Positions 1 through 10,887 are shown, counted from the first letter of the stretch. The stretch: DNA of 64,000 bases from an uncultured Gemmataceae bacterium (GCA_963750165.1 CAVVPN010000012.1:1024001-1088000), one strand, 5' to 3'. A program made the numbers and translations. The notes: a model not told the origin generated them from the sequence alone.

Positions 1-273
1 TTCTTGGCAGATGTTGCCACCTACCAACGACATTGTATCTCGCGCAGACGGCACAAGCAAGCGGCTGGCAGCCTGGGGGAAAAAATCGTGCCCAGGGTCG
101 GCGGCGCCGCCGCCGCGGCCGGCAAGGTTTATCGAAGGCTCTGACTTTTTCCGGCAGGCAGGCGCTTGCCTGGCGAAGCCCGTCGGGGTTTAATCAAGTG
201 TCCGGCGCTGCCGGCGTCGGTGGCGTTTCGTTACGTCAAGTGATCCGGGTCATCTTCAATCCAACGGCATCTC

Positions 274-1635
274 ATGGAACCGCTCCTCGTTCGCTATCAC
301 ACCTACGCCAAGGCCGACCCGCCCCAACCCATCCGGGTCAAGGTGGGCGACTGGGGCGGCACGCCCCAGAAAATGCAGGACGGTGCCGCGGGGCAACCCT
401 GGCACTGCCTGCCGTTCGTTGAAGCCTCGACGTACGGGTTGGAACTCGTTTATCAGTACGACACGGAATGTCAGGTCATCAACGACAACGGCGTTGTCCG
501 TTTCGAGTGGGACTTCAGACAGGAGCCCGGGGGCGAGTTGACCGGCGGCGAGTTTATCTCCTTCGCTCCCAAACGCGCTTCCCGGTATTACCTCTTCAAC
601 ACCGGGCTCGACGTGGTGGCCCCGCCCGGTCACGTGGTCCGCACCGAACCGCACCCGCGATTCTTCACAGACGACACCGACACCGTCCCCCTGTCGATGA
701 GCGGCCACCTGCAGCAGGAATGGTATCCGCGGTTGCTGTTCGTCGTGTTTCGCGCCCCGCGGCCGGGCCAGCGCCACATTTTCCGCAAGGGCGAACCGTA
801 TGCCCAGCTGCTGTTCGTCCCGCAGAGTGTGAGCTATGACCTCGTCGAGTTAACCCCGGAGGAGGCCGCCCGGCGCCGGGAACTCCAGGCCGCCATGACC
901 ATCGCGCGCGCGGAAATCGCCGACCACAGCTGGCAGGACTGCGACGGCGCCATCCTGGATAACCATTACAAGGTCCTGGCGAACGCCTTCGCGCGCGGCG
1001 GCACGGCCGGCGTGGAGCAGCTGATTCAGGAGGGGGTCGTGCGCCACGAACGCTCCCTGCCGACGGACAAAACCCTTGCGGAGTGTCTAATTCTGGCTTC
1101 GCAGCTGGTGGGCGAACGCAAGTACCGCGCGGCCAGCGCGATTTATGCGCACGTCCTGAGCCACGAGCCCAACAACCCGGAAGCGCTGAGCCACCTGGGC
1201 ATCTGCGTTGCCTGCCTTGGGAACTTCACTCTGGGGATCGACATGATGGCCCGGGCCGTGGCCCTGGAACCGCGGTGGCCGCGGTTTCACAGCAATCTGG
1301 GGGAGATGCAGCGGCTCCTGGGCCGTCACCGCGAGGCGGAAGCCGCGTTCCGTGCATCGCTACAGCTCAACCCCAACGATCCGGGCATCTGGAGCGTCCT
1401 GGGCCTGACCCTGGCCCAGCAAGGGCGCCCCGACGAGGGCATCCAGGCCTGCCAGATGGCGTTGGCGCTCAACCACTCGTTGCCGGTCGCCCACTTCCGG
1501 ATGGGCACGATCCTGGCCCAGTACGGCCAGTACGCCGAAGCGCGCGCCTGTTTTGAGACCGCCCTGGTCCTCGATGCGAATTTCGCCGACGCCCGCCACG
1601 CCCTGCAAGCGCTGCCCGCGGCTGCGCCCCAGTGA
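274..1635 (+). CDS. DUF6065-like (dUTPase-fold-like) N-terminal domain fused to TPR repeats
   Basis: N-terminal HCLPFVEASTYG and FRKGEPYAQLLFVP motifs resemble DUF6065; the C-terminal ~190 aa are clear TPR repeats (NNPEALSHLG, FHSNLG, AHFRMG). Confidence 0.65.
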   Translation: MEPLLVRYHTYAKADPPQPIRVKVGDWGGTPQKMQDGAAGQPWHCLPFVEASTYGLELVYQYDTECQVINDNGVVRFEWDFRQEPGGELTGGEFISFAPKRASRYYLFNTGLDVVAPPGHVVRTEPHPRFFTDDTDTVPLSMSGHLQQEWYPRLLFVVFRAPRPGQRHIFRKGEPYAQLLFVPQSVSYDLVELTPEEAARRRELQAAMTIARAEIADHSWQDCDGAILDNHYKVLANAFARGGTAGVEQLIQEGVVRHERSLPTDKTLAECLILASQLVGERKYRAASAIYAHVLSHEPNNPEALSHLGICVACLGNFTLGIDMMARAVALEPRWPRFHSNLGEMQRLLGRHREAEAAFRASLQLNPNDPGIWSVLGLTLAQQGRPDEGIQACQMALALNHSLPVAHFRMGTILAQYGQYAEARACFETALVLDANFADARHALQALPAAAPQ

Positions 1636-1662
1636 ACCGTACCTCTGTACTCAAGGAACCGA

Positions 1663-3666
1663 TCAGGTTGGCCCCGCCAACACGCCGTCGATGAAGCGTT
1701 TGCACTCCGGCAGCGCCGCCAGGAAGGCCCGGCCATACGGCTTGGTGAGCACGCGCGGGTCGAGGATGACGACCAGCCCCGTGTCGGTGGCGGTGCGGAT
1801 CAGCCGGCCGAAGCCTTGCTTGAGCTTGATCGCGGCCTGCGGCACCTGGTAGTCGGTGAACGGCTGACCGCCCGCCGCCTTGATGGCCTCGGTGCGGGCC
1901 TCGACAATGGGCCGATCCGGCGCCGCGAACGGCAGCCGCGTGATGATGACGTTCGACAGCGCCTCGCCCTGCACATCCACGCCCTGCCAGAAACTATCGA
2001 CGCCGAGCAACACCGCGTTGCCGGCCCGGCGGAACTGCTCCAGCATCTGCGAACGTGGGATGCCGTCGCACTGGCTGAGCAGCGGCAGCCCCAGCCGGCT
2101 GCACCACGGCCGCAGCCGCGCCGTCGCCTTTTGCAGGCTCTGGTTGCTCGTGAACAGCACAAACGCCCGGCCCCCCGTGCGCTGCACGTACTCCTGAATC
2201 TTGACCAGCGCCGCCTCCTCGAAAGCGTCGCCGGCCGTGGACGGGTCAGGCATGTTGCGGAACAGGTGCAGTTCGGCCTGTTCGCGGAAGTTGAACGGGC
2301 TGCCGAGCTGTAGCGTCGCGCACGATTCCAGGCCGAGCCGCTGCTGCAAATGCTCGAAGCCGCCGCGGCCGCCGATGCTCAGCGTGGCGCTGGTCATCAC
2401 GACCGTCGGCACCTGCTTGTAGAGATGCTCCGTGAGTGCCGGGCCGACGTGGACCGGAGCGCTGGACAGCTGGATGCGCGGATTGCTCTGGCCGCTGACG
2501 TCCAGCCAGTAGACCTGTCCCGCCAGTTGCTGGCCGAGCCACTGTTTGAGCTGCGCCGCCAGGTCCGCGCAGCGGGCGGCCACCGACGACAGCTCGATTT
2601 TTTCCTCGTCTCCGGAGATGCGCTGGGTGACGACTTCCAGCAAACCGCTCAGCTTCGTCAACTCGCCGGAGAGCACGTCGGGCACGACATCCGGCTGGCG
2701 GACGCGGACGGACTCCGCCGTCAGGCCGCGTGGCCCGCCGCGCCGCGCCTGACCGTCGCGCCAGGCGAGCACGTTGCCGAAAAACTGCTCCGCCGCGGCC
2801 CGCGTCGCCAGCACCTGGTTGATCGTGTCCTGGTCGCCGTACAGGGCCAGCAGACCGTGAGCGGCCCCGCGCCGCTCGGTGAACAGCTTGTTGAGCAGGT
2901 AATCGACCTGGCCGCGCGTGACCTGCAGGCCCATGTGCTCCGCGGCCACGTCCTCCAGCGTGTGCGCCTCGTCGAGGATGGCGACCTTGTAGCGCGGCAA
3001 CAGGCTGCCCCCCTGCCGCCGCAGGGCCAGGTCGCTGAAGAACAGGGCGTGGTTGACCACCAGCAGGTTGGCGCTATACATCTGCCGCCGGGCCTTGAAA
3101 TAGAAACAGTTCTCATGGTCGGGACAGTTGCGGCCGAGGCAGTTGTTGCTGTCGCTCTCCACGAGATCCCACAGGAACGGTGGCGGCTGGAAGGGCAGGT
3201 CGCTCTTGCTGCCGTCGCGGGTGGTGCGCGACCAGCGGCCGATTTCCAGAAGTTGCGTGGCGGAACCTGGCTCGACGAGCAGCGTCCGCGCCCGCTGCTG
3301 GGCGACGCGCAGCCGCCGCAGACTCAGGTAATTGGACCGTCCCTTGACCAGGCAGGCGTTGAACGGCTTCGGCAGGACCGTCTGCAGGAACGGCAGGTCT
3401 TTCTGGATGAGCTGCTCCTGCAGGCTGATGGTGTGGGTCGAGACGACGACGCGGCACTCCTTGTCCTGCAGCGACGCCAGCAGGGCGGGCACGAGGTAAG
3501 CAAACGACTTGCCGGTGCCGGTGCCGGCCTCGACCATGAGGTGGCGCGACTCGGCGATGGCGCGCGCGACGGCGTCGGCCATGGCGAGTTGCTGTGGTCG
3601 GGCCTCGTAGTTGCTCAGCCGACGGGCGATGCTGCCGTCGGGACCGAGGATGGTGGCGTGCATCAT
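1663..3666 (-). CDS. dinG: DinG/YoaA-family ATP-dependent DNA helicase
   Basis: Walker [14 protein letters not shown] box, Cys cluster [28 protein letters not shown]. Confidence 0.9.
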   Translation of the reverse strand: MMHATILGPDGSIARRLSNYEARPQQLAMADAVARAIAESRHLMVEAGTGTGKSFAYLVPALLASLQDKECRVVVSTHTISLQEQLIQKDLPFLQTVLPKPFNACLVKGRSNYLSLRRLRVAQQRARTLLVEPGSATQLLEIGRWSRTTRDGSKSDLPFQPPPFLWDLVESDSNNCLGRNCPDHENCFYFKARRQMYSANLLVVNHALFFSDLALRRQGGSLLPRYKVAILDEAHTLEDVAAEHMGLQVTRGQVDYLLNKLFTERRGAAHGLLALYGDQDTINQVLATRAAAEQFFGNVLAWRDGQARRGGPRGLTAESVRVRQPDVVPDVLSGELTKLSGLLEVVTQRISGDEEKIELSSVAARCADLAAQLKQWLGQQLAGQVYWLDVSGQSNPRIQLSSAPVHVGPALTEHLYKQVPTVVMTSATLSIGGRGGFEHLQQRLGLESCATLQLGSPFNFREQAELHLFRNMPDPSTAGDAFEEAALVKIQEYVQRTGGRAFVLFTSNQSLQKATARLRPWCSRLGLPLLSQCDGIPRSQMLEQFRRAGNAVLLGVDSFWQGVDVQGEALSNVIITRLPFAAPDRPIVEARTEAIKAAGGQPFTDYQVPQAAIKLKQGFGRLIRTATDTGLVVILDPRVLTKPYGRAFLAALPECKRFIDGVLAGPT

Positions 3667-3750
3667 GCGGTCATTGTGGCCGAACGCCCGGTGTGCGGGA
3701 AGGTCAGTTCGGCGGCTTGCAGGGCGGTTCCCCGGAAGCGGGCTGTGCGG

Positions 3751-3756
3751 TATAAT
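3751..3756 (+). promoter_or_regulatory. Candidate sigma70 -10 box (TATAAT)
   Basis: Perfect TATAAT in the divergent intergenic region of a very GC-rich sequence; no convincing -35 box. Confidence 0.35.
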
Positions 3757-3932
3757 GAAGGAAGTGCCAGGGAGGGCTTGCGTTTCATCTCATGTCACAG
3801 ACACCCCTAACAAACCCAGGGGACGCGCGGATTCCCCACCCACAACCTCGCACCCCAAACAACTCCCAGCCGGAGCGGAGCCAGATGCGAACGACCCCGG
3901 ATGCATCCCCGTAATTGCGCCGGGGTCGCCTG

Positions 3933-3991
3933 GTGGGACGGCTCTCCAGAGCCGTCGCAGGCGCGCCGACGGCTCTGGAGAGCCGTCCCAC
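3933..3991. repeat. REP-like inverted doublet (GTGGGACGGCTCTCCAGAGCCGTC ... GACGGCTCTGGAGAGCCGTCCCAC)
   Basis: Two inverted 24-nt units, each a GTGG tetranucleotide plus a short hairpin. Confidence 0.75.
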
Positions 3992-4096
3992 GACGGGGAT
4001 TCGTTGCCTTTGCCACGACGGGGATGCACCCAACAACGCCGGGCGGCTTGCATTCCGGCCGTCGGGAGGATACGCTCGAATGAGGGTCCGGTAGCC

Positions 4097-4716
4097 ATGC
4101 TGAACGAACAACGCTGGCGACGCTTGTGGCAACGGCTGGGGAGTCGGAGCGACCCCGCGGGCCCCTTCGCGCAACTCCAGCACGCCTACTCCGAGCCGCA
4201 CCGTGCTTACCATAACGCGGCCCACATCGCGGACTGCCTCGCTCAGCTGGACCGCGCTCGTGTTCCGGTGAAACGGCTGGACGAGGTGGAAGTGGCCCTC
4301 TGGTTCCATGACATCGTCTACGACCCGCACGCGGCCGACAACGAGGAACGCAGCGCGGCCTGGGCGGCGCAGCGTTTGGCGGAGGTCGGGGCCGCTCCCG
4401 ACGTTCTCCAGCGCGTCGAGGCACTGATTCTCGCCACCAGGCACGATCGGGAGCCGGACTCCATTGATGAGGCGTTGCTCGTGGACGTGGACCTGTCGAT
4501 TCTGGCGGCGCGCCGGACGTGTTCGCGGCGTACGATCGCGCCATTCGAGAGGAATATCACTGGGTCGCCGAAGCCGATTACCGCGCCGGACGGGCGCGCA
4601 TCCTGGAGCGCTTTCTCAGCCGCCCGGCCATCTATCATACGGCGTACTTCCGGGAGCAGTTCGAGGCCCAGGCGCGGCTGAACCTGGAGCGGACGGTCGC
4701 CGCGCTGCGAGGCTGA
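4097..4716 (+). CDS. HD-superfamily predicted metal-dependent phosphohydrolase (COG4339-like), frameshift near 4505
   Basis: YSEPHRAYHN, ALWFHDIVYDP, DNEERSA and DVDLSIL in one frame; YDRAIREEY...GRARILERFL continues in another frame (4519-4716). Confidence 0.8.
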
Positions 4717-4752
4717 TTCCCCGAAGCTGCCGCGGCGCTGGAGGTGTCCGTC

Positions 4753-5695
4753 ATGGTGCACCCGGAAACGGTTGGCTCGGCTCGCTTGCTGCCCGTGGAC
4801 TTTCCGCCGGAGGGCGACCGGCTGCTGGCGTTCAATCCCCCTGGCACCCGACTCGCGGTCTCCTGCCAGGACACCGATCACGTCCAGGTGTTCGACCCGC
4901 GCTCTGGCAAGGAGGTCACCCGCATCACGGACTTCTTTCGCATTTCCGGCATCGCGTTCCTATCCGCCGAGGTGCTGCTGGTGACGGCCTTCGGTGGCTG
5001 CATGTGCTGCGACCTCCGCCGGGGCACCCGCGGCCTGCTCTCCCCCGGAGGCTGGCAGACCAGCACCACGGTCAGCCCGAACGGCCGCCTGGTGGCCCTC
5101 GGCGTTAAGTGGGGGGTGGAACTGTACGATGTTCGCAAGGGGCAGGTGGTCCGCAATCTGATAGTCTTCTACGACCCCGACCACTACGGCCATAAGGTTG
5201 CCTTTTCGCCGGGCTACCGCTACGTGGCGGTTGGCCTGCGCGGGGCGCAGCACGCCCCTCGTGGTCGTCTGGGACATGCAAGGCAGGCGGCAGCGTATCT
5301 TCGACACCAAGGCCGATGCCCTCGCCTTTCGCGCGGACACCCTGAGCCTGGCGGTGGCGTCCGACAGCGGCTACGTTGAGCTTTATGAGCCGGACCAGGG
5401 AGAAGCGCCCGCGACCCAGCTCAAGAGCCCGTACGCGAACGCGCTGCAATTTCGAGACCGGGGTCGGAAACTGGCGGTGCTTGCGTATGATGGCGCCTTC
5501 TGCCTGCTTCAGGCGAAGACAGGGCAGGTTCTCCGGAGTTTGGCCGCGCCCGAGGGATACAAAATCCTGACAACGTCGGCGATCACGAGTGCCGATTGGT
5601 CCCTGTTCGCCGGCGAAACCGAGGGCGGGGTGGTCGTCTGGCCGGGCGACACCGCCGCACCCGGCGCCCCAACCCGACGGACACCGCGTTTTTAG
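4753..5695 (+). CDS. WD40/beta-propeller protein, frameshift near 5245
   Basis: AFNPPGTRLAV, VSPNGRLVAL and AFSPGYRYVAV in ORF 4744-5379; continues as VVVWD...LAF...VVVWP in ORF 5198-5695. Confidence 0.7.
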
Positions 5696-5846
5696 CGCGC
5701 CTGGCGGTGGGGTGGAGCGTCGGACCGGTTGGCAACCGGACCAACGAGACCGCTACCATCGCCTGCAACGTGCTCCAGTTTCGCGCGGATTCGGCCCGCG
5801 CGAAATGTCAACGAGGCAGCTCGAAATGCTCAGGGTGCTCGCATCC

Positions 5847-6914
5847 TCATGCGGGCTCATCCGCTGCCTCGGCGCACAGCACGGCGTAGCCGCGGCGGAA
5901 CTCCACTTCCACCTCACCGAAAGCGTCCGCGACCAGCTGACCGACCTGCTGCGGCTGCTTGGTCACCAGGTACAACCGGCCTCCAGGCCGCAGCAGACGC
6001 AGGGCGCCGTCAATGAACTTTTGCGCGATGCCCAGCTGGGCGAAGTACGGCGGGTTCGCCAGCGCCACGTCGTACGCCGCCGCTTCGCCGGCAACCTCGG
6101 CACTGGCAACGAGGTCGAACGCCGGCAGACCGTTGGCCCGAGCGTTGTGCTCCGCCAGCGCCAGCGCCCGCACGTTGCTGTCGATGAACGTGGCCCGACT
6201 GCCGGGTCCGCCGCGCAGGCCGGCGATGACACCGTTGGTGCCGACGCCGCAACCGATGTCCACGACGCGCGCGCCCGGCTCCACCTGCACCGCCTCCATC
6301 AGCGCCCGCGCCCCGTCATCGAAGCGGCCGTAGGAGAACACCCCCGGCCGCGACAGGAAACGCAGCGACGTGCCGCCGGCGCCGCGGACCCGATACGTCA
6401 GTTCGTGGCGCCGCCGCGGCCGGTCGCCCTGGCGCTGGCACCACAGCAGCGCCCCGCCGCCCGCCGCCGGCGCGTGGACACGGCCGTAAATTTTCTTCAG
6501 TGCCGCCGGGAAAAACTGATCCTTCTCATACGGCGACAGCACCACCAGCTGCCCCTGCGGCCGCAGCACGTGATACGCCTGCTCCAGCATGTCCAGTTTC
6601 AGCAGGCGTTCGCCCCCCTCCGCCACGGGATAGAGCAGCGTCGCGAAGCCCCCCGGCAAGTCCCACAGGTCCGGCGCTGTGGCCACCCGGGCTTTGACGC
6701 CGCGCTCCGCCAGCACCTCGCGCAGCCGCTCCGCCTGAAACAGGTCCATCTGGTAGCAGACGATTTCGCCCTCCCACGGCGGCAGCGACTCCAGCAGTTC
6801 CGCGACGGGCCGCGGCGAGCCGAGCACGACGCCGAGCGGGCCGCGCAACTGGTCGTGGACGGCCGCGGCCAGGCACGGCAGTGACACAGCTCTGTCAGTT
6901 CTTTTCCGGGACAT
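5847..6914 (-). CDS. Class I SAM-dependent methyltransferase (RsmC/RlmG-like MTS domain)
   Basis: SRPGVFSYGRFDDGARAL, VDIGCGVG, NPPY. Confidence 0.85.
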   Translation of the reverse strand: MSRKRTDRAVSLPCLAAAVHDQLRGPLGVVLGSPRPVAELLESLPPWEGEIVCYQMDLFQAERLREVLAERGVKARVATAPDLWDLPGGFATLLYPVAEGGERLLKLDMLEQAYHVLRPQGQLVVLSPYEKDQFFPAALKKIYGRVHAPAAGGGALLWCQRQGDRPRRRHELTYRVRGAGGTSLRFLSRPGVFSYGRFDDGARALMEAVQVEPGARVVDIGCGVGTNGVIAGLRGGPGSRATFIDSNVRALALAEHNARANGLPAFDLVASAEVAGEAAAYDVALANPPYFAQLGIAQKFIDGALRLLRPGGRLYLVTKQPQQVGQLVADAFGEVEVEFRRGYAVLCAEAADEPA

Positions 6915-6929
6915 TTCGGGGCCTTTGAT

Positions 6930-7952
6930 TCACGAAAGAGGCGGCAGACCGACCGAGAATTCCACCACGCCCGCCCACGTCTGCCCGGGAGCCAGCGTCC
7001 GCCAGCCGGCGTCCACGCCGCGCTGCTGCAAGTTGAGCGCGTCGGTCGTGCAGGTGTACGGTTCCAGCGCGAAGGCGTGCCGATGCGGCGGCGTGAACGC
7101 GACCACGTCGCGGAACTCCGGCGACGCCCACAGCGTCAACTGCTGCACGCGGCCCAGCAGCTTCAGCCCATCGCGCTCCGGCCGCGCCGCCTCCAGGTCC
7201 GTCAGCACGTCATCCAGTTGCAAATCGCCGAAGCGGCGCGGTGTCCGCAGATCGCGGGCGGCGTCCACGGGCAGCCTGACGCCGGTCGGCAGCGACTGAT
7301 CCAGTTGCCAGAACTTCTGGGCCGGCGCCTGCACCAGCGCCCCGGCGGCACCGCCCGGTAGCTGGAAGTACGGGTGATAGCCCAGGCCCCACGGCAGCGG
7401 CACGGTGTCCGGGTTCTCCACCACTGCCTCCAACCGCAACCGCTCCGGCGTCAGGCGGAATGTCAGCCGCAGCCGGCAGTCAGCCGGCCACAGTGGCCGC
7501 GCGTCCGGGTGGTCACGGCTCAGCTGCCATTCCGCCGTCAGCCAGGCCGCGTCAGCGTCGGCGCCGTGGCCGAGCACGCGCCAGGGACCGCGGCAGGCGA
7601 AACCGTGGATGGCGTTGACGCCCGCGGGGTCGTTCTTCGGTAGCTCATATGTGCGGCCGTCCCAGGTAAATCGGCCGTCGCGGATGCGGTTCGGAAAGGG
7701 GAACAACACCGGGATGCCGCTGCGCGTTGGCTTGCCGCCAGCGAACAGCTGTGGATCGGCGTAGAGCAGTTCGACGCGATGCCCGGCCGTCGGCGTCAGG
7801 CCCGCGTCCGGCGTCACGTACCAGCGGAAGCAGTTCGCGCCAATCGCTGGCCAAACCGCGGCGCCGCAGCCGCGCTGCGGATCTTCGAGGATGTAGATGG
7901 TGCCGTCACGATCCTGGGCCGGGCGCAACTCGGTGCGTACCTGAAATGCCAT
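6930..7952 (-). CDS. Aldose 1-epimerase family protein
   Basis: GIPVLFPFPNRIRDG, AIHG, GYHPYF, ALEPYTC. Confidence 0.9.
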   Translation of the reverse strand: MAFQVRTELRPAQDRDGTIYILEDPQRGCGAAVWPAIGANCFRWYVTPDAGLTPTAGHRVELLYADPQLFAGGKPTRSGIPVLFPFPNRIRDGRFTWDGRTYELPKNDPAGVNAIHGFACRGPWRVLGHGADADAAWLTAEWQLSRDHPDARPLWPADCRLRLTFRLTPERLRLEAVVENPDTVPLPWGLGYHPYFQLPGGAAGALVQAPAQKFWQLDQSLPTGVRLPVDAARDLRTPRRFGDLQLDDVLTDLEAARPERDGLKLLGRVQQLTLWASPEFRDVVAFTPPHRHAFALEPYTCTTDALNLQQRGVDAGWRTLAPGQTWAGVVEFSVGLPPLS

Positions 7953-8018
7953 GCTCACTCCCTCCCCGGCGGCGTTCGGCCGGCGTATGGTGATCGATGC
8001 CCATCAACCCCCAGGTGT

Positions 8019-8072
8019 CGTCGGAGCCCGAGCGCCAGCGCGGGGCCCCTCGCTGACGCTCGGGCTCTGACG
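8019..8072. repeat. Long palindromic REP-like element
   Basis: CGTCGGAGCCCGAGCGCCAGCGCGGGG/CCCCTCGCTGACGCTCGGGCTCTGACG is a near-perfect inverted repeat between divergent genes. Confidence 0.7.
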
Positions 8073-8091
8073 CCCCAATGAGGATCCCACC

Positions 8092-9141
8092 GTGCCGACG
8101 TTACCCGCCGACGTGTTGCAGTCCTTCGCCGACTCCCTGTTCCGCGCCGCCGGTGTCGCCGACGACGAGGCCGGACAGGTGGCGCACAGCCTGGTTTTGG
8201 CCAACCTGTGCGGCCACGACTCGCACGGCCTGATCCGCATCCCGCAGTACCTCGACGCCGTGGCCGACGGCCGACTGCGGCCCGGGGCGGCGTTCACCGT
8301 CGTCAAGGAGACGCCGGCGGTGCTGGTCGCCGATGGCGGTCGCGGCTTCGGCCAGGTGCAGGCGCACCGACTGCTGCGGCGACTGGTGCCGATGGCGCGA
8401 CAACTGGGCATCGCGGCCGGCACGCTACGGCACACGGGCCACATCGGCCGGCTGGGCGAGTACGCCGAGACGGCCGCGGCCGAGCGCCTGGCGTTCATCG
8501 CCACGGTGAACAACCACGGTTACGGTCGCGGCGTGGCGCCGCCGGGCGGCACGGAGGGCCGCATCGGCACCAACCCGCTGTGCCTGGCGGCGCCGACGGC
8601 GGGCGAACCGGTGGTGCTGGACATCGGCACCAGCGTCTGCGCCGAGGGCAAGGTGCGCGTGCTGTACAACAAGGGCCAGCCGGTCCCGTCCGGGTGGCTG
8701 CTGGACGCGGACGGCCAGCCGACCACCGACGCGGGCGTGCTGTACCGTGAGCCGCGCGGCTCCATTTTACCGCTGGGCGGCCCGCAAGCCTACAAGGGCT
8801 TCGGCATTGGGCTGTTGCTGGACATGTTCGCGGGCGGCCTGTCCGGGGCGCCGTGCAGCCATCCGGGAGCGCCGAACCTGAGCGCCAACGCGGTGCTGTT
8901 CATCGTGCTGGACGTGGAGCAGTTCGCGGGGGCGGAACATTTTCTCTTCGAGGTGACGCGGTTGGCGGAGGCAGTGCGGACGTGCCCACGCGTGGCGGGG
9001 GTGGAGCGCATCACGCTGCCGGGGGACCCGGAGCGGTTGACGGCACAGCAGCGGCGCGCGGCGGGCGTGACGCTGGACGACGGCACATGGGGGCAGCTGG
9101 CGAAGGTGGCGGGGCGGCTGGGGGTGGCGGTGCCGGGCTGA
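8092..9141 (+). CDS. Ldh2-family (malate/L-lactate/sulfolactate-type) oxidoreductase
   Basis: GHDSHG, HIGRLG, GTNP, YKGFG, LPGDPE motifs. Confidence 0.9.
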   Translation: MPTLPADVLQSFADSLFRAAGVADDEAGQVAHSLVLANLCGHDSHGLIRIPQYLDAVADGRLRPGAAFTVVKETPAVLVADGGRGFGQVQAHRLLRRLVPMARQLGIAAGTLRHTGHIGRLGEYAETAAAERLAFIATVNNHGYGRGVAPPGGTEGRIGTNPLCLAAPTAGEPVVLDIGTSVCAEGKVRVLYNKGQPVPSGWLLDADGQPTTDAGVLYREPRGSILPLGGPQAYKGFGIGLLLDMFAGGLSGAPCSHPGAPNLSANAVLFIVLDVEQFAGAEHFLFEVTRLAEAVRTCPRVAGVERITLPGDPERLTAQQRRAAGVTLDDGTWGQLAKVAGRLGVAVPG

Positions 9142-9226
9142 GGCAGCCTTGAATTTTCGCAACGCGATTGGTGCAATAATTCATCGTGAACAAGATAGTC
9201 CGTTGCTTGCGAGCAGGAGGTAACCG

Positions 9227-9484
9227 ATGCCCTTTGAAACAGATACGGAATTTGCCGCGGAAATCGGCCAGGACTACGGCGACTACCTCAGCACGTTTAT
9301 CAGCGAGCACCAGCAAGTCCGCGCCGACATCTTTCGCCGCGGTGACCATTTGGAAGCGCACGTCTCCTTTCTCACGGAACTCGACGCCACGAATGTGACG
9401 GACAGATACGTCAGCATTCTTCGTGAGTATGCCCGGCAGCAGGGATTCGAGGGCCGTCTGCAACTCTTTCTTTCCGATGATTGA
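9227..9484 (+). CDS. Small acidic hypothetical protein (85 aa)
   Basis: Strong RBS (CAGGAGG) before the ATG; abuts the downstream HEPN gene. Confidence 0.65.
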   Translation: MPFETDTEFAAEIGQDYGDYLSTFISEHQQVRADIFRRGDHLEAHVSFLTELDATNVTDRYVSILREYARQQGFEGRLQLFLSDD

Positions 9485-9498
9485 GGAGGTGGACGCCG

Positions 9499-10347
9499 GT
9501 GCCGGAACTCCAGGTGAGCGTCACACTGCCGTACGATCTTCGCCTCCACGAGGGGGATTATCCTACGGCTCCTGCCGGAGAAATCCTGCAAATCCGCCGA
9601 TCGTCTGGGGAGCAGGGCCCGGCTCGGCGAACGGTCGTGCGTACCAACTTCACCCATCCAGAAACCACCGATCAGGAAGAAATTTTTCGACTTCAAACCA
9701 GAGACGCCGACCAGTTGCTTCGTCGCATCAATCGCCTGTTGCGCTGGTATCGGGCGGTCAGTCACAAGACGAAAATACTTGAGTTGACTCGCGCTCAAGC
9801 CAGCCCGTTTCAGTTCCAGTTGGTCGGGGCCGGAGCGGAACCCGCGTGGGGTGAGCCTCTGAAATACAAAGCGCCAATCCCCAGGGCGTTGCGACTGGAC
9901 GTCGCCACCTTGACTGGCAGGGTGCGCGCCAGCCTCGCCAGCGGCAACGAACCGGAGGCCGCCGACCTGTTTCTCATCGACGCCGAGCGGGCACTTTACG
10001 AAGGCCGCTTCCGCGAGGTGGTCCTGTTCTGCTGGAGCACCATCGACGCGGTGTTCAACCGCAAATACGACGCCCTGGTCAACGCAGCGCTTGCGGAGGA
10101 ATGGGCCGACGCCCGCGCATTCTTCACGGGAGTCGATTTCGGCTTGCGGAACAAGATGAGCGCGGTGATGCACCTGATCGCCAACCGCTCCTTGTTCCGA
10201 GAGCCGGGCGGGCTCTGGAAAGAGCTGTCCGAGAGTTACCAGAAGCGCAACGCCATCATCCACCGCGGGGTCAACGCCACGGAGGACGAAGCACGGCTCG
10301 CGCTCCGGGTTGCGCGCCGTGTTACCGAAGTCATGAACTCGCTGTAA
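9499..10347 (+). CDS. HEPN-domain protein (ApeA-like architecture), putative RNase
   Basis: C-terminal helical domain with RNAIIH (Rx4H) motif; GAGGAGG RBS before an in-frame GTG at 9499 (the ORF track starts at 9481). Confidence 0.6.
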   Translation: MPELQVSVTLPYDLRLHEGDYPTAPAGEILQIRRSSGEQGPARRTVVRTNFTHPETTDQEEIFRLQTRDADQLLRRINRLLRWYRAVSHKTKILELTRAQASPFQFQLVGAGAEPAWGEPLKYKAPIPRALRLDVATLTGRVRASLASGNEPEAADLFLIDAERALYEGRFREVVLFCWSTIDAVFNRKYDALVNAALAEEWADARAFFTGVDFGLRNKMSAVMHLIANRSLFREPGGLWKELSESYQKRNAIIHRGVNATEDEARLALRVARRVTEVMNSL

Positions 10348-10399
10348 CGCACGATCCGTGCAAGCGATTGCCATCTGATAGCGACGAAGCGGTGAATCC

Positions 10400-10887
10400 A
10401 TGCACCTCGGCATTCTCTCCGACACCCACGACCAACTGGACCGCACCCGACGCGCCGTCGAACTGCTGCGGGCCGAAGGGGCCGAGGCGTTGGCCCACTG
10501 CGGCGACCTGACGCGACCGGAGATGGTCGCCATGTGCGCGGTGCTGCCGTGCTATTTCACCTTCGGCAACCACGACGCCGACCACATCCCGAGTTGCAAC
10601 GGGCGATGGCCGAGGCGGGCGCCGTCTGCCTGGGCTGGGGCGGCGCGGTGACCCTGGCCGGCAAGAGCGTCGCGCTGGTCCACGGCCACATGAGAACCGA
10701 CGTGCGCCGCCTGCTGGCCGACCGACCCGATTACCTGCTGTCCGGCCACTTCCACCTGACCTTCGACCGTCGCGACGGCCCGACGCGGCGTATCAACCCA
10801 GGGGCACTGCATGACGCCGACGAGTACACCGTGGCGCTGCTCGATCTGGAGATGGACGCGCTGCGGTTCCTGACCGTTCCGGATTGA
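10400..10887 (+). CDS. Metallophosphoesterase (YfcE-like), frameshift near 10590
   Basis: SDTH, HCGD and GNHD in the first frame; HGH, GHFH and INPG in the second frame. Confidence 0.85.

Noticed and set aside
2350..3810. Long plus-strand ORF opposite dinG, and similar shadow ORFs (5589-6884, 30458-32071, 39690-41609)
   Set aside because: They overlap well-supported genes on the other strand and are typical high-GC artefacts.
5718..5746. Degenerate REP-like hairpin (GTCGGACCGGTTGGCAACCGGACCAAC)
   Set aside because: Single imperfect copy; too weak to list as a feature.
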